Positions 56,595 through 64,000 of a stretch of 64,000 nucleotides of DNA are shown here, one piece after another. The stretch is taken from contig CALXFT010000002.1 in assembly GCA_944387635.1 (NCBI GenBank), positions 8,619 to 72,618 of the forward strand, given 5' to 3'. Position 1 is the stretch's first letter. Every line of letters starts with the position of its first letter. The translations under genes were made by a program, and so were the position numbers. The notes below the pieces were generated by a model. It did no database searches, was not told where the DNA came from, and was given only the letters and a program-made list of their open reading frames with translations. The stretch is from an uncultured Oscillospiraceae bacterium (lineage in GTDB: Bacteria; Bacillota; Clostridia; Oscillospirales; Oscillospiraceae).

Positions 56595-56930
56595 GTGACC
56601 AAAGCCCTGGACGCCAAGAAGGGCATGAACATCAAGCTGCTGAAGATCGACGCGGTAAGCTCCCTGGCGGACTATTTCCTGATCTGCACCGGCACCTCCA
56701 ACACCCACGTCAAGACCCTGTGCGACTACGCCGAGTACACCCTGGAGAACCTGGGGGAGAAGATGCTGGGCCGGGAAGGCCATCGGGGCAATTCCTGGGA
56801 GCTGCTGGACTACGGCAGCATCGTGATCCATGTGTTCACGGAGGAGGCCCGGAAGTTCTACGACCTGGAGCGGCTGTGGGCCGACGCGGAAACTGTGGAC
56901 CTGAGCCGGATTCTCATTGCTGAAAATTGA
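56565..56930 (+). CDS. rsfS: Ribosome silencing factor RsfS
   Basis: ALDAKKG, ADYFLICTG, WELLDYGSIVIHVF, FYDLERLW. Confidence 0.95.
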   Translation: MLTPTQIAYEVTKALDAKKGMNIKLLKIDAVSSLADYFLICTGTSNTHVKTLCDYAEYTLENLGEKMLGREGHRGNSWELLDYGSIVIHVFTEEARKFYDLERLWADAETVDLSRILIAEN

Positions 56931-56996
56931 TTTTCCATGGAAAGGAGAGCGCGGCTGCCGCCTCCTGCTTTCCGTGTAAATAATGAGGTGTTTGAA

Positions 56997-59420
56997 ATGA
57001 ATTACGATTTCTCCGCCATTGAGGCAAAATGGCATAAGTATTGGGAGCAGAACAATACATTTTACACCGACGTGTGGGACTTCTCCAAGCCCAAGTACTA
57101 TGTGCTGGATATGTTCCCCTATCCCTCCGGCGTGGGCCTCCACGCGGGCCATCCCGAGGGCTACACCGCCACGGACATTGTCTCCCGTATGAAGCGGATG
57201 CAGGGCTACAACGTGCTGCACCCCATGGGCTACGACTCCTTCGGCCTGCCCGCCGAGCAGTACGCCGTCTCCACGGGCAACCATCCCAACGGCTTCACCC
57301 AGGAGAACATCCAGACCTTCTCCAATCAGCTCAAGGAGCTGGGCTTTGACTACGACTGGTCCAAGGTCATCGCCACCTCGGACCCGGAGTTCTACAAGTG
57401 GACCCAGTGGATCTTCAAGAAGCTGTGGGAGGCCGGATACGCCAAGCGCATCGAGATGCCCGTCAACTGGTGCGAGGAGCTGGGCACGGTCCTGAGCAAC
57501 GACGAGGTCGTCGACGGAAAGTCCGAGCGGGGCGGCTATCCCGTGGTGAAGAAGAACATGATGCAGTGGGTCATCGACCAGCCTGCCTTTGCCGAGAAGC
57601 TGCTTGAGGGCCTGGAGGAAGTGGACTGGCCCGAATCCACCAAGGAGATCCAGCGCAACTGGATCGGCAAGTCCACCGGTGTGGAGGTGGACTTCCGGCT
57701 GGTGGGCGGCGGAGAATTCTCCATCTATACCACCTGTATTGAAACCATTTACGGCATTACCTTCATGGTCCTGGCCCCCGACGGCAGGATCGTCCAGTCC
57801 CTCATGGACCGGATCGAGAACAAGGCGGAGGTTCAGGCTTACATCGACGAGACCCTGAAGAAGAGCGACATGGACCGGACCGAGCTGAACAAGACCAAGT
57901 CCGGCTGCCGCCTGGAGGGCGTCTACGCCATCAACCCGGTCAACGGCAAGCAGGTCCCCGTGTTCATCGGCGACTTTGTGCTGGCCAACTACGGCACCGG
58001 CGCGGTCATGGCCGTTCCCAGCCACGACCAGCGCGACTTTGAGTACGCCGTCGCCCACAACATTCCCATGATCCAGGTCATTGAGGGCCGGGACGTCAGC
58101 CAGCAGGCCTTCGAAAAGCAGGACTACCTGGGCAAGGGATGCAAGCTCATGAACTCCGAGGAGTTCACCGGCCTGACCGTGGAGGAGGCCAAGGAGGCCA
58201 TCACCTGTAAGCTGGAGAAGGCCGGAGTCGCCAGACGGAAGAACAGCTACCACTTCCGGGAGTGGATCTTTGCCCGCCAGCGCTACTGGGGCGAGCCGGT
58301 TCCCTGCGTCTACACCGAAGACGGCAAGACCGTGTTCCTGGCCGACGAGGAGCTGCCCCTGATCCTGCCGGAGCTGGAGGACTACAAGGGTCGCAACGGT
58401 CAGGCCCCGCTGGAGAACGCCGTCGAGTGGAAGCGGTACGACGCCAACGGCATCAAGGGCGTCCGGGAGACCTCCACCATGCCCGGCTCCGCCGGTTCCT
58501 CCTGGTACTACATGCGCTATATCGATCCCCACAACGACAAGACCTTCTGCGATCCGGAGCTGCTGAAGCACTGGATGCCCGTGGATCTGTATGTGGGCGG
58601 CCCGGAGCACGCCGTGGGCCACCTGATGTACGCCCGGATCTGGAACCGGTTCCTGTATGACAAGGGCCTGTCTCCCGTGAAGGAGCCCTTCAAGAAGCTG
58701 GTCCACCAGGGCATGATCCTGGGCGAGAACGGCATCAAGATGGGCAAGCGGTATCCGGAGTACGTGGTCAACCCCAGCGACATCGTCCGGGACTACGGCG
58801 CGGACACCCTGCGGCTGTATGAGATGTTCATGGGTCCCCTGGAGGTCTCCAAGCCCTGGAGCGCCACCGGCGTGGCCGGGGCCAAGAAGTTCATCAACCG
58901 TGTGTGGAACTTCTTCAGCGAGACCGGGAACATCACCGAGGAAGACGACGGCAAGCTGACCAAGATCTACCACCAGACCGTGAAGAAGGTCACCTCCGAC
59001 TTTGAGACCCTGGGCTTCAACACCGCCATTGCCCAGATGATGGTCTTCGTCAACGAGGTGTACAAGAACGGCACCTGCCCCAGAGAATATGCCGAGGGCT
59101 TCATCAAGATGATCTCCTGCGTCATCCCCCACGTGGGCGAAGAACTGTGGCAGATCCTGGGCCATGACAAGACCATTGCCTACGAGCCCTGGCCCACCTA
59201 CTCCGAGGAAAAGTGCAAGGAGAGCCAGATCACCTTCGCCGTGCAGGTCAACGGCAAGCTGCGCGGCACCGTGGTCATGGCCGCGGATCTGGATGACGAG
59301 ACCGTCCTCTCCAACGTCCTGGCCAACGAGAAGATCGCGGCCTTCCTGCAGAAAAACGGCGGCCAGATCCGCAAGACCATTGTGGTCAAGAACAAGCTGG
59401 TGAACCTGATCGTCAAGTAA
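56997..59420 (+). CDS. leuS: Leucine--tRNA ligase
   Basis: MFPYPSG.GLHAGH (HIGH), GAVMAVPSHDQRD editing motif, RQRYWGEP, VGGPEHA, YGADTLR, QVNGKLR. Confidence 0.96.
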   Translation: MNYDFSAIEAKWHKYWEQNNTFYTDVWDFSKPKYYVLDMFPYPSGVGLHAGHPEGYTATDIVSRMKRMQGYNVLHPMGYDSFGLPAEQYAVSTGNHPNGFTQENIQTFSNQLKELGFDYDWSKVIATSDPEFYKWTQWIFKKLWEAGYAKRIEMPVNWCEELGTVLSNDEVVDGKSERGGYPVVKKNMMQWVIDQPAFAEKLLEGLEEVDWPESTKEIQRNWIGKSTGVEVDFRLVGGGEFSIYTTCIETIYGITFMVLAPDGRIVQSLMDRIENKAEVQAYIDETLKKSDMDRTELNKTKSGCRLEGVYAINPVNGKQVPVFIGDFVLANYGTGAVMAVPSHDQRDFEYAVAHNIPMIQVIEGRDVSQQAFEKQDYLGKGCKLMNSEEFTGLTVEEAKEAITCKLEKAGVARRKNSYHFREWIFARQRYWGEPVPCVYTEDGKTVFLADEELPLILPELEDYKGRNGQAPLENAVEWKRYDANGIKGVRETSTMPGSAGSSWYYMRYIDPHNDKTFCDPELLKHWMPVDLYVGGPEHAVGHLMYARIWNRFLYDKGLSPVKEPFKKLVHQGMILGENGIKMGKRYPEYVVNPSDIVRDYGADTLRLYEMFMGPLEVSKPWSATGVAGAKKFINRVWNFFSETGNITEEDDGKLTKIYHQTVKKVTSDFETLGFNTAIAQMMVFVNEVYKNGTCPREYAEGFIKMISCVIPHVGEELWQILGHDKTIAYEPWPTYSEEKCKESQITFAVQVNGKLRGTVVMAADLDDETVLSNVLANEKIAAFLQKNGGQIRKTIVVKNKLVNLIVK

Positions 59421-59470
59421 CGGCCCCGTATCCGGGGAAGAAGAATTTTGGAATTTTATCGAAATCTTTC

Positions 59471-59499
59471 TTGACAATTGGGGAAAAGCCGTATATAAT
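59471..59499 (+). promoter_or_regulatory. SigA promoter for rpsU
   Basis: TTGACA-17-TATAAT, a perfect consensus. Confidence 0.85.
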
Positions 59500-59569
59500 A
59501 TTCAAGCCTAGTGTTAGGCCCTGAAAGCATCCAGGATCTAGCCGGATGCCATCGGAGGGAGGGAAAAAC

Positions 59570-59752
59570 ATGTCTGAAATTCGCGTTAAGGAGAACGAGT
59601 CTCTGGAAAGCGCTCTGCGCCGGTTCAAGCGCAGCTGTGCCAAGGAGGGCGTCATCGCCGAAGTGAAGAAGCGCGAACATTATGTCAGCCCCAGTCTGAA
59701 GCGGAAGCAGAAGTCTGAAGCTGCCCGTAAGAACAAGAGAAAGTTCTATTGA
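59570..59752 (+). CDS. rpsU: 30S ribosomal protein S21
   Basis: [26 protein letters not shown]. Confidence 0.95.
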   Translation: MSEIRVKENESLESALRRFKRSCAKEGVIAEVKKREHYVSPSLKRKQKSEAARKNKRKFY

Positions 59753-59778
59753 TCCCTCTTGCGCGTTCGTGTGCTTTG

Positions 59779-59810
59779 CCCGCTCTGCCGTTACGGCAGG
59801 GCGGGTTTTT
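59779..59810 (+). terminator. Intrinsic terminator of rpsU
   Basis: CCCGCTCTGCCG-tta-CGGCAGGGCGGG plus TTTTT; overlaps the stop codon of the convergent gene. Confidence 0.8.
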
Positions 59811-60510
59811 CACGTCCCAGCTCCTGGTACAGACCCACCGCACGGGTGACTCCCAAAGCCTCGCTTCGGTCCAGAAGGGCGTCCAGATCCTCCCGGGTCC
59901 GCCAGAGGGTGAACAGGGCGCGGCTGTCTGACAGCTCCAGCCGGTAGCGGCAGCACAGCCGCGCCTCCCGGAATCCATCCGTGTTCTGCGGGGCATGGGC
60001 AAGGGCTGAGACGGAGGCTCCCTGGGCTGTCAGGCAGATGGTCTGGGCGTCCAGGGCGAGCTCCAGCCAGATCTCCCGGCCCTGCCAGGGCGCAAGCCAG
60101 TCTTCCACCGGCACATTCAGAGGCGCTGGAGGCGGAAACACGGGACAGTCCAGATCCCGGGCGTAGGGCTCCGCCACCCCCACGGGACAGGGCAGGGATT
60201 GGACCAGGACCCGGGCCACATCCGCCGCCTCGGCATACCCGGGCCGCTGGAAATCCAGAAGCACCGCGCCGCACTCCAGCCGCTCTACACACCGGGCAAG
60301 CTGTCCGGCAATGGTCTGCGGGTCGTGGCCGTGGACGGGGGTTATGTCATCGAAAATCAGCAGAGAATCCGGAGGCAGGTTACGGGGCAGGTGGGAGACC
60401 CCGGTGCCGTAGGGAGAAAAATGGCAGGCCATCCAGCCGATTTTTGGCGGCAGAGTGTCGGAATTTTCAATTTCCGCCCCTGTCATGGCAAGATATTGCC
60501 GGATTGCCAT
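59791..60510 (-). CDS. Hypothetical protein (239 aa)
   Basis: RBS GAAAGGTGG before the ATG; fills the gap between rpsU and yqeG; no family recognised. Confidence 0.7.
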   Translation of the reverse strand: MAIRQYLAMTGAEIENSDTLPPKIGWMACHFSPYGTGVSHLPRNLPPDSLLIFDDITPVHGHDPQTIAGQLARCVERLECGAVLLDFQRPGYAEAADVARVLVQSLPCPVGVAEPYARDLDCPVFPPPAPLNVPVEDWLAPWQGREIWLELALDAQTICLTAQGASVSALAHAPQNTDGFREARLCCRYRLELSDSRALFTLWRTREDLDALLDRSEALGVTRAVGLYQELGREKPALP

Positions 60511-60538
60511 GGACAAAACCACCTTTCCGTGCTATAAT
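60510..60538 (+). promoter_or_regulatory. SigA promoter for yqeG-pepP
   Basis: TGGACA-17-TATAAT with TGn. Confidence 0.65.
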
Positions 60539-60618
60539 CAATCCGTTGGGCATTGGGTCCGACGCGGCCGGGCCGCGGCCCTGCTGTTTTTAGAATTTAT
60601 GAATCCACGGAGGGTCTT

Positions 60619-61116
60619 ATGCCTTTTTCACTGCTGCCCCGGATTCAGGCGGACAGCCTGACGGACATCACCCCGGAGCTGCTGCACAGCAAGGGGGTCC
60701 GGCTGCTGATGCTGGACTTCGACAATACCATCGTGCCCTACACCACCGACGTGCCCACGGAGCGGATGCAGAAGTGGCTCAGGGACATGAACGCCTCGGA
60801 CATCCAGGTGTGTATCGTCTCCAACAGCCACCGGGACCGGGTGCCGCGGTTCTGTCAGGAGTACGGTCTGGACTGCGTCACCCACGCCAGAAAGCCCTTC
60901 CCCAAGGGCATCCGGGAATGTCTGGGCAAGTACGGCATTCCGGCGGCCCAGGCGGCCTTGGCGGGGGATCAGATCTACACCGACACCCTGGGCGCCAACT
61001 GCGCCGGGGTCTGCTCCATTCTGGTCAGGGCCATTGACAACCACAATTTTTGGCTGAAGGCACGGCACGTGCTGGAACTGCCATTTATTTTTGCCGCAAG
61101 AAACAGGAGGATCTGA
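60619..61116 (+). CDS. yqeG: YqeG-family HAD IIIA phosphatase
   Basis: LDFDNT, IVSN, ARKP, GDQIYTD. Confidence 0.9.
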   Translation: MPFSLLPRIQADSLTDITPELLHSKGVRLLMLDFDNTIVPYTTDVPTERMQKWLRDMNASDIQVCIVSNSHRDRVPRFCQEYGLDCVTHARKPFPKGIRECLGKYGIPAAQAALAGDQIYTDTLGANCAGVCSILVRAIDNHNFWLKARHVLELPFIFAARNRRI

Positions 61117-61120
61117 AATT

Positions 61121-62185
61121 ATGAAAAACCTGGATAAGTATTTGTCGCTGCTGAACGGCCAGGTGGACGGCCTGCTGCTGACCTCCCGCTACAGCCGCCA
61201 TTACGGCGCGGAATTTGACATTGCCGAGGGCGTGGCCGTGGTCACCCAAAAGGGCTGCCGATACTTCACCGACAGCCGCTACATCGAGTCCGCCCAGAAC
61301 AATCTCAAGGGCTTCGAGGTGCTCATGGTGGACCGGGAGCACACCTACTTTCAGCGGCTCAACGACGCCGTGGCCGACTTCGGCGTCACCGCCTTTGGCT
61401 ATGAGGAGGGGTATCTTTCCGTGGCGGAGCTCATGGACTATGAGAAAAACGTCAACGCCAAATTTGTCCCCTGCCACAAGGCCATCAATTCCTTCCGGGG
61501 CCGGAAGGAGCCCTGGGAGCTGGAGCTTATGCGCAAGGCCCAGTCCATCACCGACAAGGCCTTTGCCGAGGTCCTGGGCCGGATTCGGCCCGGCATGACC
61601 GAGCTGGAGCTGCAGGCCGAGCTCATCTACTGCATGTATAAGAACGGCGGCACGGGCCTGGCCTTCGATCCAATTGTGGTCTCCGGCCCCAATACCAGCC
61701 TGCCCCACGGCGTGGCCGGGGAACGGGTGATTCAGCCCGGGGACTTCGTCACCATGGACTTCGGCGCATCCTACCGGGGCTACTGCTCCGACATGACCCG
61801 GACCGTGGCTGTGGGCTACGCCACCGAGGAGATGCGAAAGGTCTATGACACGGTGCTCCAGGCCCAGACCGCGGCCATCGCCATGACCAGGGCCGGAATC
61901 CCCGGCCGGGACATCGACGCCGTGGCCCGGAACATCATTGCCGAGGCGGGCTACGGCCCTTACTTCGGCCACGGCTACGGCCACAGCCTGGGCCTGGAGA
62001 TCCACGAGGGTCCCAACCCCAACGCCGCCAACGCCGAGCCCATGCCTGTGGGCGCCGTGTGCTCCGCCGAGCCGGGGATCTACCTGCCCGGAAAATTCGG
62101 CGTGCGGATTGAGGACGTGACCATTTTGTTGGAAGATGGCTGTGAAGATATTACCAAGAGTCCCAAAAATTTGATCATTGTGTGA
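61121..62185 (+). CDS. Xaa-Pro aminopeptidase (M24)
   Basis: TSLPHG, MDFGA, SDMTRT, GHGYGHSLGLEIHE, EPGIY, GVRIED. Confidence 0.93.
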   Translation: MKNLDKYLSLLNGQVDGLLLTSRYSRHYGAEFDIAEGVAVVTQKGCRYFTDSRYIESAQNNLKGFEVLMVDREHTYFQRLNDAVADFGVTAFGYEEGYLSVAELMDYEKNVNAKFVPCHKAINSFRGRKEPWELELMRKAQSITDKAFAEVLGRIRPGMTELELQAELIYCMYKNGGTGLAFDPIVVSGPNTSLPHGVAGERVIQPGDFVTMDFGASYRGYCSDMTRTVAVGYATEEMRKVYDTVLQAQTAAIAMTRAGIPGRDIDAVARNIIAEAGYGPYFGHGYGHSLGLEIHEGPNPNAANAEPMPVGAVCSAEPGIYLPGKFGVRIEDVTILLEDGCEDITKSPKNLIIV

Positions 62186-62203
62186 AAAAATTCGCTTACC
62201 CCC

Positions 62204-62232
62204 TTGAATAATTCCGCATCTTACGATAAAAT
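62204..62232 (+). promoter_or_regulatory. SigA promoter for efp
   Basis: TTGAAT-17-TAAAAT. Confidence 0.7.
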
Positions 62233-62301
62233 ATACTAGCTAGATTATTGCAAACATTCAATCCCTTCTTTTTCGGAAGGTAGACTAGGAGGACAAACAG
62301 A

Positions 62302-62865
62302 ATGATTTCTGCAGGTGAATTCAGAAACGGTATCACCTTCGACATGGACGGCAAGGTCATGCAGGTTGTGGAGTTCCAGCACGTCAAACCCGGCAAGGGC
62401 GCTGCCTTTGTTCGGGTGAAGATGAAGAACGTCATCACCGGCGCCGTCACCGAAACCAGCTTCAACCCCACCGCCAAGTTCCCCACCGCTTACGTTGAGC
62501 GTAAGAAGATGGAGTACTCCTACAACGACGGTTCTCTGTACTACTTCATGGACCAGGAGACCTATGAGCTGGAGCCCATCGACGCTTCCGCCCTGGACGA
62601 CTCCTTCAAGTTCGTCAAGGAGAACGACATCTGCACCATCATGAGCTACAAGGGCAAGGTCTTCGGCGTGGAAGTACCCAACTTTGTGGACCTGGTGGTC
62701 ACCGAGACCGAGCCCGGCTTCGCCGGCAACACCGCCACCAACGTCACCAAGCCCGCCACTGTGGAGACCGGCGCTGAGGTGAAGGTACCCCTGTTCATCA
62801 ACGAGGGCGACAAGATCCAGATCGACACCCGTACCGGCGAGTACCTGGGCCGTTCCAAGGCGTAA
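62302..62865 (+). CDS. efp: Elongation factor P
   Basis: [29 protein letters not shown]. Confidence 0.97.
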   Translation: MISAGEFRNGITFDMDGKVMQVVEFQHVKPGKGAAFVRVKMKNVITGAVTETSFNPTAKFPTAYVERKKMEYSYNDGSLYYFMDQETYELEPIDASALDDSFKFVKENDICTIMSYKGKVFGVEVPNFVDLVVTETEPGFAGNTATNVTKPATVETGAEVKVPLFINEGDKIQIDTRTGEYLGRSKA

Positions 62866-62895
62866 GGCAGCCGCCTGAAAAAAGGAGACTTTACT

Positions 62896-63357
62896 ATGAC
62901 CATTTCTGAAAAGTCCGCCTACCTGAAGGGCTTGATGGAGGGCCTGAGCCTGAACACCGAGTCTGACGAGGGTAAGATGATCGCAGCCATTGTGGATCTG
63001 CTGGGCGATGTGGCCAAGCGGGTCACGGACATTGAGGAGACCACCATTGCCATCTCCGATGAGCTGGACGAGATCGAAGAGGATCTGGACGCCATCGAGG
63101 ACTTCATCATGGATGAAGAGGACGATTACGATGACTTTGGCGACTTTGACGAGGACTTTGACGAGGACTTCGACGAGGAGCCGGAGGAAGGTTTCGACTA
63201 CGGCGACGAGGACACCACCATCTACGAGGTGGAGTGCGCCTGCGGCAACATCATCGACTTTGACGAAGAGACCCTGGAGTCGGGCAGCATCGTATGTCCC
63301 AACTGCGGAGAGACCCTGGAGTTCTCCTTTGAGGACGAAGGCGAGGACGAGGAGTAA
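62896..63357 (+). CDS. CD1247-like acidic protein with C-terminal CxC/CxxC zinc ribbon
   Basis: EKSAYLKGLMEG N-terminus, D/E-rich linker, ECACG and CPNCG. Confidence 0.75.
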   Translation: MTISEKSAYLKGLMEGLSLNTESDEGKMIAAIVDLLGDVAKRVTDIEETTIAISDELDEIEEDLDAIEDFIMDEEDDYDDFGDFDEDFDEDFDEEPEEGFDYGDEDTTIYEVECACGNIIDFDEETLESGSIVCPNCGETLEFSFEDEGEDEE

Positions 63358-63375
63358 TCCCGTTGCGTAAATCGG

Positions 63376-63404
63376 AGCGGCAGGCGGCGACGCCTGCCGC
63401 TTTT
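63376..63404 (+). terminator. Intrinsic terminator of the efp operon
   Basis: AGCGGCAGGCG-gcga-CGCCTGCCGCT plus TTT. Confidence 0.82.
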
Positions 63405-63430
63405 GCTGCCTGGCCGGAATTGGCAGGGCT

Positions 63431-63460
63431 GTATAAAGCTGCCTTTTGCCGGGAAAACTT
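63431..63460 (+). promoter_or_regulatory. Possible SigF-type (forespore) promoter
   Basis: GTATA-15-GGGAAAACTT resembles the B. subtilis SigF consensus GYWTA-15-GGnnAnAnT. Confidence 0.4.
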
Positions 63461-63483
63461 TCCGGGTAAGGAGGCGGTAACGT

Positions 63484-63744
63484 ATGGTAAAAGGCGTTTC
63501 CAGGCAGGTCATCGTGGTCCAGTCTCCGGACCCGAAGCTCTTTGACCAGGCCATTTTCATTCTCAAGGACGATGCCGTGGGAGAAGGGATCACCGACGAA
63601 AAGCTGCTCCAGGAGGCCCGTAAGGCCATCCGGGGGCCGGAGCGGCAGGGGAAGCAGCGGCGGCTGTACCTCTGCGGCCCCGTGTGGGCCGCCGGCGGCG
63701 CCCTGGCGACGGGTATGGTCTGGCTGCTGACCTGGCTGTTTTAG
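63484..63744 (+). CDS. Small hypothetical protein with C-terminal TM helix
   Basis: RBS AAGGAGG; MVKGVSRQVIVV...FDQAIFIL; hydrophobic C-terminus. Confidence 0.75.
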   Translation: MVKGVSRQVIVVQSPDPKLFDQAIFILKDDAVGEGITDEKLLQEARKAIRGPERQGKQRRLYLCGPVWAAGGALATGMVWLLTWLF

Positions 63745-63781
63745 AAATTCCCGGAGAACCACCGGACAGAAAGAGAGAACT

Positions 63782-64000
63782 ATGAACATCGGAAATCTGA
63801 CAATGGAAAATCCCCTGATCCTGGCCCCCATGGCGGGGGTCACGGACTGGGCCTTCCGCACGGTCTGCGCCGGACTGGGGGCGGATATCACCGTAACCGA
63901 GATGGTGTCCTCCAGGGCGCTGGTATACCGGGACAAGAAGAGCGCCAAGCTCCTGCGGAAGAACGCGGGCAGCCTCTGCGGCGCCCAGATCTTCGGAAAC
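63782..64000 (+). CDS. dusB: tRNA-dihydrouridine synthase, 3' partial
   Basis: LAPMAGVTD, TEMVSSRAL, AQIFG; runs off the window edge. Confidence 0.9.
   Translation, partial: MNIGNLTMENPLILAPMAGVTDWAFRTVCAGLGADITVTEMVSSRALVYRDKKSAKLLRKNAGSLCGAQIFGN

Noticed and set aside
56931-56996. T-box leader for leuS
   Set aside because: Only 66 bp; no T-box sequence, specifier stem or terminator visible.
1-64000. CRISPR array, tRNA/rRNA, prophage, IS or integrase, defence genes
   Set aside because: No spaced direct-repeat array, cloverleaf, transposase or recombinase motifs seen; nearly all coding space is explained by the listed genes.

Overview
High-GC chromosomal window from a clostridial Firmicute; gene style and order suggest Oscillospiraceae (inference). 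Left arm (1-13.4 kb): cardiolipin synthase (5' partial), a convergent adenine deaminase, then ktrB-ktrA-trmH-like-dprA-topA-trmFO-plsX-rnc. Middle (13.5-49.3 kb): a ~36 kb surface-glycan region lying between rnc and smc. It holds a HexNAc-kinase-like gene; a Wzx/Wzy-type operon (PglF/CapD-like dehydratase, priming phosphoglycosyltransferase, FnlABC L-FucNAc pathway, LicD); a second operon with its own promoter (EpsD-like GT4, deacetylase, Wzm/Wzt ABC exporter, pyruvyltransferase, duplicated GT32-GT2-GT2 module); and an oppositely oriented GtrII-like membrane protein. Right arm (49.5-64 kb): smc-ftsY-rdgB-yhbY-nadD/yqeK fusion-rsfS-leuS-rpsU, a hypothetical gene, yqeG-pepP-efp, two small conserved genes and dusB (3' partial). 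The most notable features outside the ORF track are: a probable 6S RNA antisense between nadD-yqeK and rsfS, whose -10 box is the rsfS start codon; an AT-rich array of palindromes inside the glycan locus; two export systems with only one priming enzyme; and a LeuRS with KMGKR in place of KMSKS. I saw no tRNA, rRNA, CRISPR array, integrase or transposase. All calls come from motif recognition and manual pairing; no database search was run.
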